A model generated the notes under the pieces. That model had not been told where the DNA came from. It ran no database searches and saw nothing but the letters and a program-made list of their open reading frames with translations. Below, piece by piece: positions 21,224-31,797 of a stretch of DNA of 64,000 nucleotides. Made by a program: the position numbers and the translations under genes. The stretch is from NCBI GenBank assembly GCA_963808625.1, contig CAWEHK010000029.1, positions 64,001 to 128,000 on the forward strand. The letters run 5' to 3'. Each line of letters starts with the position of its first letter. Positions within the stretch are counted from its first letter, which is position 1. The DNA is from an uncultured delta proteobacterium (GTDB taxonomy: Bacteria > Desulfobacterota > Syntrophobacteria > Syntrophobacterales > Syntrophobacteraceae).

Positions 21224-23170
21224 ATGTTCCTGGAAACCATAAAGATTGATGGATACAAAAACTTCGGTGAACCTTTTGATGTGCAGTTCGCCAAGGGGCT
21301 GAACGTTCTTGTTGGAGAGAACGGGGCGGGCAAGAGCGCCATCATTGACGCTCTTCGGCTCATTCTGATGGAGGATGAGTATGGGAGGACAGGTATCAGG
21401 GATACGGATTTCCACCGTCCGTTCACCGCGGCTGCGCTGCCTGCCGAGAGCTTTCGGATTATTGCGGAGTTCACTGGTCTCTCGCCCATGGAACAGGTGG
21501 CCTTCCTACCGTGGACCAATGTCGAGGGCAATGCGAAGCTCACGCTGCTTGTAATTGGCGAAGAGACGAGGTATGGCAGATACAGGAGGGCCTTATGGGG
21601 AGGTGAATCGCGGGCGTCCATGTTTGAGTCTGAACTGTTCGACAAGGTCAACTGCATTTATTTGCCCCCGTTGCGTGACGCTGAAAACAGACTTCGCGAA
21701 GGTAGAGGCTCCCATTTGGCGAGACTCCTAAGGAACCTGAACAAGAAACAGTTAGGTGAAGCTCGTCAAAACAGGACCAAACATCCTCTGGAGGTCGTTG
21801 TTCAAGGATTTAACGAGAATTTGGCCACTGACGAGACACAAACGATCTCGGCTGCAAACAAACTGATCGGTGGGCAATTGAAGGAGGTCTTGGGAGATGT
21901 ATTCGGGCAGGACACATGGATGCAATTCTCAGAGGTCAACTTCAATCGTATCGTCGAAGGGCTAAGATTGCTGTTCTTCCCGCAAGTCGATGCAGGTGGG
22001 AAACGGGATCTCTTCAGAAGCCTACAGGAGAACAGCCTTGGCTACAACAACCTGCTATATGTCGCCACGATTTTGGCAGAACTGACCATTTCGGGCGAGG
22101 ACTTCCTGAGAGTTCTTTTGATAGAGGAACCGGAAGCGCACCTCCATCCCCAATTGCAGATCCGGCTCTTGAAGTATCTTGAGGTGCAGGCACGCAAGGC
22201 TGGCATGCAGGTGATTGTAACAACGCATTCCCCAGTTCTGGCTTCCTCTGCCACACTCGACACGATTATCCATCTTTCAAATAACCGTGCTGGGAAGACG
22301 TTGGCGGTACCTTTGAGGCATTGCGGTCTCTCCGCCGATAGCAAGGCATTCGTCTCACGGTGGTTGGATATAACCAAATCAACGCTGCTCTTCGCGAAAG
22401 GGGTGATTCTGGTTGAGGGCATCGCTGAATCACTCTTGCTCCCTGAGCTCGCCAAGATAGTACTCAATGAAAATAGAACAAAGAGGACGAATCAGGACAA
22501 GAAGCCTCAACTTAACAATGACACAGGTAAAGCAATAGAAGGGGCCAATAAGGATGAACAATTCGACACAGGGTCCCCTGATTCACTTGAAAATCGTGGA
22601 GTCTCGGTCATCAATATGAACGGGATTTATTTCAAACATTTTCAGCAATTGTTCTGTAATTTGGACGGAGGTGGCTACCTCTCGATTCCGGTCCGGTGTG
22701 CGGGAATCACTGATCAAGATCCACCGAAGGAGGTCAACGGGGTTCCATTCAAGCCGACACCATCGCAAAAGGAACCGGGACTGAATCACGCGCTGAAATT
22801 GATCAACGTCGTGAATGGATCTGAGCACGCGAGATTATATTCGAATGATTTGAAGACGTTTGAATACGACCTGGCGATGGAAGGGGGAAACCTGAACGTA
22901 ATGCTTGCGGCAGTAAAAGAGTTGATCCAGACGGATGGTGCCATCAAACGTCAGCTCGAAAAATACATCGAGACGGGTTGGGCTGCCGAAAAGGACGAAG
23001 CCAAGCGAGCCGAGGCGGCCTCCTATCTTTTAGAAAAGATCGAGAAGGACAAGGGGGAGTTCGCCCAGGCCTTGGCGACTATGCTGGCGGGCGACAAAAC
23101 CTCAAGCTTTGCAGTACCCGAATACATTCAAAAGGCTGTTGTCTGGGCGTGCGGAGAGGCGGATGCCTGA
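21224..23170 (+). CDS. OLD-family ABC-ATPase/TOPRIM nuclease (Gabija GajA-like)
   Basis: GENGAGKS Walker A, YLPPLRDAE, SLGYNNLLY, IEEPEAHLHPQLQ, TTHSP, TOPRIM VEGIAE and TDQD, TFEYDL. Confidence 0.9.
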   Translation: MFLETIKIDGYKNFGEPFDVQFAKGLNVLVGENGAGKSAIIDALRLILMEDEYGRTGIRDTDFHRPFTAAALPAESFRIIAEFTGLSPMEQVAFLPWTNVEGNAKLTLLVIGEETRYGRYRRALWGGESRASMFESELFDKVNCIYLPPLRDAENRLREGRGSHLARLLRNLNKKQLGEARQNRTKHPLEVVVQGFNENLATDETQTISAANKLIGGQLKEVLGDVFGQDTWMQFSEVNFNRIVEGLRLLFFPQVDAGGKRDLFRSLQENSLGYNNLLYVATILAELTISGEDFLRVLLIEEPEAHLHPQLQIRLLKYLEVQARKAGMQVIVTTHSPVLASSATLDTIIHLSNNRAGKTLAVPLRHCGLSADSKAFVSRWLDITKSTLLFAKGVILVEGIAESLLLPELAKIVLNENRTKRTNQDKKPQLNNDTGKAIEGANKDEQFDTGSPDSLENRGVSVINMNGIYFKHFQQLFCNLDGGGYLSIPVRCAGITDQDPPKEVNGVPFKPTPSQKEPGLNHALKLINVVNGSEHARLYSNDLKTFEYDLAMEGGNLNVMLAAVKELIQTDGAIKRQLEKYIETGWAAEKDEAKRAEAASYLLEKIEKDKGEFAQALATMLAGDKTSSFAVPEYIQKAVVWACGEADA

Positions 23171-24999
23171 TCACTCGGAGGTATTCGAAAAAGTGGCTTC
23201 GATCGTATGCGGCAAACCTGCAGGCATCTCGCATACCGAATGCTTGAAGTCGGTTGGTTCCCACAATCCTCTCTGCAGAGATTACGGTAAATGCCGCCTT
23301 TACGAGAAGACCTGCGAACAGTTTGAATATGTCCTGCATCCGAGAACTGAAAATTCATTCTTGCGGGCTTGCCCGGGCGGCGGCAAGACCGAGGTTATCG
23401 GCATGAAGGCGGCTTATGAGATCCGCCGGTGGGATGTGCTGCACGCGGGTATTGCTGTGCTCACCTTCACCAATAATGCCGCAGACGTAATACTGGAGCG
23501 GGTCACCCAGTTCGCTGGCAACGTGGGGCATCCACACTTCATCGGGACGTTTGATAGTTGGCTGCATGGGTACCTCGCTAATCCTTTTGCCTATATCCTC
23601 ACCGGCTATCTGGGCAAAAAAGGAGACCGAAGCATTAGGATTGTGGCTGCCTCGGATCGTGACGAGTGGCTCAATGCCTACAAATGTAAGACGCCCTTTG
23701 TCAAAAGGAGGAAGCCGAAGAGAGGCAAGAATAGCAAAGTGAACAGCAATGGGGAGTCGCCGCTCAGCATACCCATTTTCGCCAATCACTTCTGGTATGA
23801 CCACGAAACTGACAGGTTCCTCATTAGGAAGCCCTTTGTCGATTCGAGTGACTCCATCGATCACGAGACTTATTTCGCGACAAAAGAGTTCCAGGAGTAT
23901 CTGGCCGACAACGACAAGAAATGGTTGACCATAGACGTGTTAAAGAAGGACTTGGGTGATCGTAAGAAGCTGTTCTGGAAGGATGGTTTTGTGAACTACC
24001 AGGACGTAGAATGCCTGTCCGTGCTGTTGTTGAAGAAGGAGACGCTTCGGTCGCGGCTTTCCCGAAGGTTTCCGCTGGTAATTGTCGACGAATGCCAAGA
24101 CCTCTCTTGGGGGCAGCTGAGAATACTAGAGTTGCTGAAGGAGCAGGGGAGCCGAGTGCATTTGGTGGGAGACCTCAATCAGGCAATTTACGCTTTCAAA
24201 AAGGTTGATCCTTTAAACGTCGAGCGCTTTGTGGCCGAGCCTGGAGTGCACAAGTTGGCTCTACAGCGGAACTTCCGCAGTGTACAACCGATCGTGAACC
24301 TCTGCGGCAAGCTTCTCTACCAAGGTGACGTCACAGGTGAGCCGTGGGTCGGTGATGCACCCGCCTGTGTCTACTTCATCTATGACCCAAGCGACATGTC
24401 GGAGTTGCCGCGCCGATTCGAGACCTATCTGCGGACAAGGTCAATTGATGTGACCAAATCAGCGATTCTGGCGCGAGGGCATGCTACCGTAAACAAGCTC
24501 CGGCCAGCTGCGTCACGCGTAGCACCCAATGATTCCATCACCCTTGCGACAGCAGTGGACCTGTGGAGTTCTGCTGAAATCCAAGCCATAGATGAGTCGA
24601 TGAAATGTATTGGGAAGTTCATTGCCACGAAGTTCTTCCCCAAACAGTCCATTGATTCACGGCATCACTACCGACCCGAGATGGTAGGATCTGCCTTGCA
24701 GTGGCGTCTTTCTCTTGTGCGAGTTTTGGACGAATGTCTCCACAATGGAATTTTTCAGACCTCAGTCAGACTTGGAGCAATTGGGCGAAAATCGTTAGGT
24801 CGAGCTTGAAGCAGATCGTTGCAAGCGTTTTTCAGGGCGATTTGCCCGATGATCACGGACCATTCACGTTTTCCTCATTGCGGGGCAGCTCCGGAACTAC
24901 TGTTATGGAATCTCTCAACACTCCCAGGAAGATCACAAAGCCAGGTATCCGTGTTGCAACAATACATCAAGCAAAAGGCCAAACGTTTGAAGCCGTTAT
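23163..24999 (+). pseudogene. UvrD/PcrA-like helicase (GajB-like), 5' part; frameshift ~24750 and interrupted by IS at 25000
   Basis: Start overlaps the OLD stop; ACPGGGKT, LTFTN, VDECQD, GDLNQAIY, QRNFRS, TIHQAKGQTFEAV. Confidence 0.88.
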
Positions 25000-25213
25000 C
25001 ATTGCTGACGCACGACTTTAAAAATCGAGGTCCGGGCATCGATTTTCGAGCAGTTCGGACGCCGTCCCACTGGTTGGCAGATGCAAATTATATAGAGTGT
25101 CAGGCCCCAGGTCATTCCATGGCTCCCGATGCTGAGGTTTTCTGCCGCTCCGAGCATAATTCCCCTTTTCCCCCTGGTTGGGGGCCATTTAGATTATGCT
25201 GACTGCCTGTGTG

Positions 25214-26755
25214 CTATATCAGCCGGAGCTGATATGGGGCAGCAAGGCGTTCCTCGATCCATGCGCGATCCAGCCATGGGCTGGCCATGGTTTGGCGAAC
25301 AAAGGAGATTAGACCTCTAATCCCCGTCTCTTTAACGATTTTGGCAAGCCTCTCCGAGTACCGGGCCATGATGTTGAAAATGTGGCCCAGTTGCATCAGG
25401 TAATGGTATCCTCTCATGGCATTCCAGTTATATGCAAAGCAGTGTTCGTACTGATAACCATGATGTTTCTCTACCAGAAAACCTGTCTCTATGGTCCACC
25501 GAGAGCGGGCGCCCAAATTGCATCGCTCTTGGAGGTTGCTCCTGTTGAGAGGTTCGCTGGATATCCACAGATGCCGACCCTTCTTTTCAACAACCCGTGT
25601 GCCCCCTTTCTCGATCTCCTGCCAGGTCTCTACGCATTCGACCACATGAATGGTCTCGATCTTTTTCCCATTCGGTCCAAAGTCGTACTCGATATCATTC
25701 GCCCATCGAAAATGCTGGTTTCTGTTGCCCCAGGTACGGGTATATCGATGTTTGGGCTCAAGCTCGCTCAGGGCTTCAAATTCACCATGCACGCTCGGTA
25801 AACTCTTGTCCTGCAAAACGATCATGTATTGCCATTTGTGTTCTCGGCAAAACTCCATCACGGGCCCATTGGCGTAAAGACCATCCAAAAAAACCATGAT
25901 CCGCAGAGCAGGAAATGCCTCCTTGAGCCGTCGACCCAGCCGGTAGAATCCCTTTAGCTCACAGTCCTGTTTACTGTCACCGGTATCGCCTGCTGTGAAG
26001 CTCAGAAACTCGCTCATCAAAGGAATGCTCATTCCGTCTCTGAAGGCCAGACTGGCCTGCAAAACGTAAACATAATATTGAACATGTTGAGACTCGTCCT
26101 TCCCAACCGTACGCTGCATACACTCTTCATCCCACAGCCAATCGCGAGACAGCTTCTGCGTACCATCTATCGCTATCGGGTAACAATTCTCGATCAAATA
26201 CCGGCGAAACTTCTTCTGCCTGATCCATTCCCGGATCAGCTCGATCTGCGCGCCCTCGATCTCCCCTACATCAAGCTCCCACAAGAGACGTTTCAGCGTA
26301 TCATGATGGGGGACCTCCTCAAGTTCCGGAAAGATCAGTTTCAGGTTCTCCCAAAACATCGGGCGGGTCATTTCTCTGTTGGCCTCGCGAGACGAGCTCA
26401 TCTGCAATACAAACACCAATATCCCGTAGATCAACAGGACGGTAAGCTTATGCTTCGTCTTTTTGGGGTTTCTGGGCTCCGGAATCTTCGACAGTCGCCC
26501 CAGAAGTACTGGCAACTTGGCGCGAAATACCTTCAATTGCTCCCATACCGCCTCGTTACGCGCGCTATGTTCCTCCCCCACGTCCTGGTATGCACACTTG
26601 TGATTAGCGATCGTTGAGTGCGAGGAACCCTGCAATCCCTTCCCCTTCTGCTCCTCACGCAAGGCCTTCTGGGCTCGCTTCCTCTCTTTCCGGCGCGCTT
26701 TGATCTCTTCCCGATTCGGACGACGGCTGGGTTTGCTCATGGTTTGCCCTCCCAA
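25214..26755 (-). CDS. DDE transposase (IS4/ISAs1-like fold; family not assigned)
   Basis: IAIDGT, FLDGLYA, RSRWTIETGFLVEK D-D-E pattern; inside IR-bounded element. Confidence 0.85.
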   Translation of the reverse strand: MGGQTMSKPSRRPNREEIKARRKERKRAQKALREEQKGKGLQGSSHSTIANHKCAYQDVGEEHSARNEAVWEQLKVFRAKLPVLLGRLSKIPEPRNPKKTKHKLTVLLIYGILVFVLQMSSSREANREMTRPMFWENLKLIFPELEEVPHHDTLKRLLWELDVGEIEGAQIELIREWIRQKKFRRYLIENCYPIAIDGTQKLSRDWLWDEECMQRTVGKDESQHVQYYVYVLQASLAFRDGMSIPLMSEFLSFTAGDTGDSKQDCELKGFYRLGRRLKEAFPALRIMVFLDGLYANGPVMEFCREHKWQYMIVLQDKSLPSVHGEFEALSELEPKHRYTRTWGNRNQHFRWANDIEYDFGPNGKKIETIHVVECVETWQEIEKGGTRVVEKKGRHLWISSEPLNRSNLQERCNLGARSRWTIETGFLVEKHHGYQYEHCFAYNWNAMRGYHYLMQLGHIFNIMARYSERLAKIVKETGIRGLISFVRQTMASPWLDRAWIEERLAAPYQLRLI

Positions 26756-26762
26756 CCGTTAG

Positions 26763-27665
26763 CTATGAACATAGAACCGTGCGGAAATCGTCAACAAGTG
26801 GCTTAACAAAGATCTTCTTGGGACTCGTTGTGTAGCTCTTGCCCTTGCGGATAAGCCCTTCCCCGGTTGTCATCCCAACATATTGCCAGTTTGCCGCCCG
26901 GTAACATGTCCCAGCATAGTACTGAGGATCTACAAACGTCTCCACCAATACCGGGCGATAACTCCACCTCTCCTCCCAATCCGCCCTTATCCGCCTTATG
27001 GCCTGACCCAATACGTGACTTGCCAAATATTTAACCTTCACCCATGGAAAAATCACAAATCGCGTATTGTTCACTACCCAGCCAAGATTCCTTAGTCGCG
27101 TGCTTGCGCTCCAACCGATCCAACGATCCCGCTCTCCTAATGACTTCGCGGCTCCAGCAAACAACAGACAGCCCAACCTACCACGCTCGCTCTCTACAAA
27201 ATACCGGGCAAAACAACCAAATGGCCGCTTGTAACCAAGGTAGTGGTACCGGTTCACATATTCATTCCAAAGCTCCGTCTCCTGCCTTTCTCTTACCACC
27301 TCCAGGCGAACACGTCCCACCTCTCTGATACCACCTTCTATCGCTGGCTGGAGCCCTGTCCTCTCCGTCAAACACGGCTTCCTCGATCCCTTCCGTGAAC
27401 TTACCTGCTTTGAAGGCACCTTCAAAAAACCCTGCGATTCCAGTCTTTCCAAAAGCTTCAAGCAGGCATTGGCCTTGGGACTCCCGGAGGCACTATGCCA
27501 TCCTAAATGCTCACATATCGTCACTAACAGTTCTTCACGACTCAACCTCCAAAACGTCGCAACCGTCTCACTGATTTCCTCTATCTCTCTAATGCTGATT
27601 TCCCGTCCGCACTGGATCAATTGACTCCCTTGCCGCTGATGCATAGCGCTATTCCTCCTGTTCAA
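26763..27665 (-). CDS. DUF4338/DruA-like protein (Mom-like GNAT motifs), IS passenger
   Basis: YHYLGY, RDRWIGW, NNTRF, LASHVL, ETFVDP..AGTCYRAANW..G.T.G. Confidence 0.8.
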   Translation of the reverse strand: MNRRNSAMHQRQGSQLIQCGREISIREIEEISETVATFWRLSREELLVTICEHLGWHSASGSPKANACLKLLERLESQGFLKVPSKQVSSRKGSRKPCLTERTGLQPAIEGGIREVGRVRLEVVRERQETELWNEYVNRYHYLGYKRPFGCFARYFVESERGRLGCLLFAGAAKSLGERDRWIGWSASTRLRNLGWVVNNTRFVIFPWVKVKYLASHVLGQAIRRIRADWEERWSYRPVLVETFVDPQYYAGTCYRAANWQYVGMTTGEGLIRKGKSYTTSPKKIFVKPLVDDFRTVLCS

Positions 27666-27805
27666 CCCGGAATCGTTCCACGCTATACTATCAAAGGGCG
27701 CTTCTCGTGTCTACTCCTTTGTTGCGACAAATTATTTCTCTTCATCCCTCCAAAACCATATCTCACCGCAATGCGCTGACTTGTGCGTCAGCACTGAGCC
27801 GTTAT

Positions 27806-28043
27806 GCTCGTGTCCTCACCTACTAAACAGGGAGACGGAGCTCACTGGCGTCACTGGATTGATAAAACGAGCGGTGACGGGGAGCATACCCGATTCGCAT
27901 ATGTAGCGAGTTCCCGGCCGCGAGGACTACTGGCTTGGGCAATACCGAAAGGCGATGAAGGGGCCATCGCAGTCATAGAACATCTAGGCTTTGTTCCCGG
28001 TCCCAAGGTGAACCATGTAGACGTTTTTCAGCAGGCGACATAA
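27806..28043 (+). pseudogene. 3' end of the IS-interrupted UvrD-like helicase
   Basis: Removing IS plus one TSD restores ...KGQTFEAVMLVSS...EHTRFAYVASSRPR (motif VI) in frame. Confidence 0.88.
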
Positions 28044-28284
28044 GGATGCCATCCGAGATAAGAAGTTCCCTTTGACATTTTTCAAGGACTGCTGAATTTC
28101 GGATGAACCTTCAAAACATATATGATCCCAGGATTGCTGAAATAGTCAGCCGAGAAAGGGACTCCCTCGATGTTCAGGTGAATGACCCTTGATGGGCCGA
28201 AGCATTACGATCTGGACACATGAGCCAGCAACTCGGATTTTGATTGATGTTATTGGGTTTTGCCTCTGTCGGGATAGAGAAGCC

Positions 28285-31200
28285 ATGAGCAAATTCTCGG
28301 AGGATTTCGCATCCGAAAAACTGTTAACCATTCTTAGCGCCTCTCCTCTCCCTCTTTCCACTAGAGATCTGGGCCTGCGGCTGAGGCTGCATCACCTGCG
28401 GATGGCCGATTATGAGGTCGGTTGTCTTCTCCGCAACCTGCTTAATGAAAGCAAAGTCAACTTCAGAATGGGACGCTGGACTGCGTCCCATTCTTCCGTA
28501 ACAGCCCCACCTCCCTCATCTACGGATCTTCCGCCCTTAAGTGGAGAGACACTCTCAATCCTCGGTTTCAAGCCACATGGAGTCACAGCTGAGCTCCCTC
28601 CTGCCGATACAGTGGGGATTGAAACTGAGATCAATGAAGCTGACACTGATATTTATTCCGGCCGATGGGGAACATTCCGTAGACTGGTTGCATACTATCG
28701 TCAATGTATTCGTCAGGAGGAAGGCGCGGATGCTTCGGCTTTTCAGAATGAGTTGGGCAGGAGTTTCCTCTATCTTCGTCGGATCGGATGGTGGCATCCC
28801 AGGCCAGGCGTTCGCTGGCAGGCCAATATCCCTCTCGGGCCACATCTGTCGCCGCTGCTCAACGCCCTGCCTGGTAAGGGCGAGGATCAAGCCTTGGTAA
28901 TCGGCTATCCGGTGCAGGCCTACTTCAAGGAAAAGGTTGGGGAGCCAAACGTCGCCGTCATTCGGCCAATTTTCTTTTTTACCGTAGAGACCGCAATCGC
29001 CCTAAACGGATTGGTCGTCAGTTGCGAGGACGCTCGACCTGAAATTAATTTAGGATGGCTTGAGTTTGCCTTTTCCCGCAACGTTGATCGCCAGCGGAGC
29101 TTCCTTTCCGCCTGCGGTTTTCTCAATCGCGAGAGACCAATTGATGAACCCCCTGGTCTGGAGCGGAGTGAACGGATTCCCGGCTTGGATAGCCTTGTTG
29201 CCGCCCTTTCTGCGTTCATGCCGGACAAGGTCCGGGAGCCCCTGCATATGGAGAGTGTGCCGGATGATCCGCTTCGGGAGCCTTTTACGACCGGTATCTA
29301 TAACCGCGCCGTCATTATGTTGGCGAAACGAACTAAGTACACGGCCACCCTGCTCAAGGAACTTGCGGCCATTGAGCGCGAACCAGATGAGAAGTTGGAT
29401 CGCACGGCACTTCGCTACATTTTTGCCACCGACCGGGAACAACCGACTCCGGGAGAACTCCTGCACGAGGCAATCGTAGTCGACACCGCCCCACTTAATG
29501 CAGAGCAGCGGTTGGCGACAGCTTCTCTCCTCATCAGGGACATAACAGTGGTCACAGGCCCTCCGGGTACCGGCAAGAGCCAAGTGGTCAGTAGCACCAT
29601 AGCCAACGCTCGACTGCGCGACCAGACGGTGCTTTTCGCAAGTCGCAACCATAAGGCAATCGACGCCGTGTTTGATCGGCTTTCCGATTCCGAGGGACGG
29701 CCGCTCATAGTGCGCACCAACTCTAAAGACGATCCTAGCCTCAATTACACCTTTTCTCACGCCATCCGGGACATGCTTGCCGCACCACCCCACCCGGAGT
29801 CGAGTGTTCGTCTGAAACGTGCAAATGAAGAACTAACTGCGCTACTCGACGAACGGGGTAGCAAGGCAGGCTTTGCCCGCCGCGTGGCTGAAGCCGGAAC
29901 GGCCCTGGGAGAACTCGAGGAGCGCCGAAGCTATTTGGCGCGAGATTTCCCTGAGGAGATGTCGCGCTTTCTTGATGCAAAACCTGAGCGCTTCCCTGGG
30001 AAGGCTCTTAACAGGGTGGCGCAGACCATCCACACACTGCATCTCCAGAGCCCCGATAACGCCCTCATGCGAAGGTTTCGAACTGTGTTTTGGGCCTGGA
30101 CGATCTTCCCTTGGTACAGGCTGGCCCAGCGTGGTTTGCGCCACATCCCGAGGTGTCCGGAACTACCTGCTCTCCCGGGGGCTCGGCGTTAAAGGTTTTG
30201 CTTCCAGTGTTGTCCCTATTGGAACGGGCAATGGAATATGCCCGGCTAAGTAGCGAGTGCCGACCTTATGAGGCTAGACTTGCTGAGCTCCCGCAGTTGG
30301 AAGATACAACCATAGCTGTCTCTGACCTCACCAATCGCATTCGCGAGGTAGCGCTCCGCGCGGTGCCTCTCGACCTGGACAGCCGCTGCAATCTTGAAGA
30401 GGAGATTAACCGTGAAGAACTGGACGGTCTGCGCGCTGCACTCAATGCGATGCGTACCGGACTTGATGAAGGAATCATTCGACACGAGACTGTTCGGGTT
30501 CTTGAAGAACGGGCACCCCATATCCTCAAGGCATTTCCCTGCTGGGCTGTAACCAATCTTTCAGCCGGTTCTCGTATCCCCTTGGTAGCGGGATTATATG
30601 ACCTCGCCATTGTTGACGAAGCAAGCCAATCCGATATTCCTTCCGCCATCCCTATCCTATATCGCGCCCGCAGGGCAGCGGTTGTCGGTGATCCCTTTCA
30701 ACTCACCCACACCTCCCGTCTTTCCACAGCTAGAGACACGATGCTGCGAAGGGAAGCGGGACTCAAGCGGGTGGAGGATGTTCGCTTCGCCTACACTGAA
30801 AGCTCCCTTTACAATCTGTTCGCGGGCACAAATGGCGTGGAACCAGTATTTCTAAGCGAAACCTACCGCAGCACCGAGGAAATCGCCAATTACTCCAGTC
30901 GCGCCTTTTACAGCGGGAGGCTCAGGGTAGCCACAGACGAACGTAAACTCACAACTCCGCGCGGCATGTCCACTGGAATCCACTGGACGGTAGTGACCGG
31001 AGCGATCCAGAGCGGAGGCGGCAGCGGCTGCACCTGTCGGGAGGAGGTGGACGCGGTCGTAGATATCATGCGCACCTTACTCCTGGAAAATAACTTCCTG
31101 GGAACAGCGGGCGTAGTCACTCCCTTCCGCCAGCAGGCGAACCGTCATAAGGGATGCTCTCTTTGAGAGCGACGCCCGTCTTTATGAAGCTCTCCTCCGA

Positions 31201-31797
31201 TCCAGAGTCCATGTGGACACTGCCCACGGGTTTCAGGGCGATGAGCGGGATATCATCATTTTCAGCCTCTGTGCTGGCCCGGAGATGCCGGTAGGTTCCC
31301 GATCTTTTCTGCGTGAGACCGGTAATCTTTTTAATGTGGCCGTGAGTCGCGCCAGGGCTGTTCTTCATGTAGTGGGCAACCGAGAATGGGCCAAAACATG
31401 CGGCATTCGACACATTCAAGATTTGGCAGTGCCTGGAGAGCGGCCATCGGGGACAGCGCAACGGGGACCGTGGCACCCCCATGAATCCCCCTGGGAGGAG
31501 AAACTCTACCGCGCGCTGGTGGAGGCCGGCCTCGACCCGCGACCACAATTTCCGGTTAGCGGTAGGCGATTGGATCTTGCTCTTGTCGGGCATGGGGATA
31601 GACAGTTGAAGATCGATATCGAGGTGGACGGAGACTGCCACCGTAACCCCGACGGCACACGAAAGATGGACGATCTTTGGCGCGATATCCAACTTCAGGG
31701 CATGGGCTGGAAAGTCATGCGGTTCTGGACTTACATGCTCCGTGAAGACATGGGGGCTTGTGTGGAGAAAATCCTTAAGGCATGGAGCGAACAATGA
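28285..31797 (+). CDS. SF1 (UPF1/DNA2-like) helicase with N-terminal wHTH-like and C-terminal Vsr/DUF559-like nuclease domain; frameshifts ~30180 and ~31150
   Basis: LNAEQ, GPPGTGKS, ASRNHKAID, VDEASQ, GDPFQL, YRS, TPFRQQ, TAHGFQGDERD, NVAVSRAR; ESPWE...DLA...IEVDG..H...RD...GWKVMRFW. Confidence 0.85.

Larger units (their letters stand above)
25000..27796 (-). mobile_element. 2,797-bp insertion sequence, copy 1 (DUF4338-like ORF + DDE transposase)
   Basis: Terminal IRs CA(T/G)TGCTGACGCAC; 9-bp TSD AGCCGTTAT at 24991-24999 and 27797-27805; near-identical copy at 57479-60275. Confidence 0.95.

Noticed and set aside
26763..27665. Druantia defence system
   Set aside because: The DruA-like ORF lies inside an IR/TSD-bounded IS present twice; no DruB-E genes are nearby.
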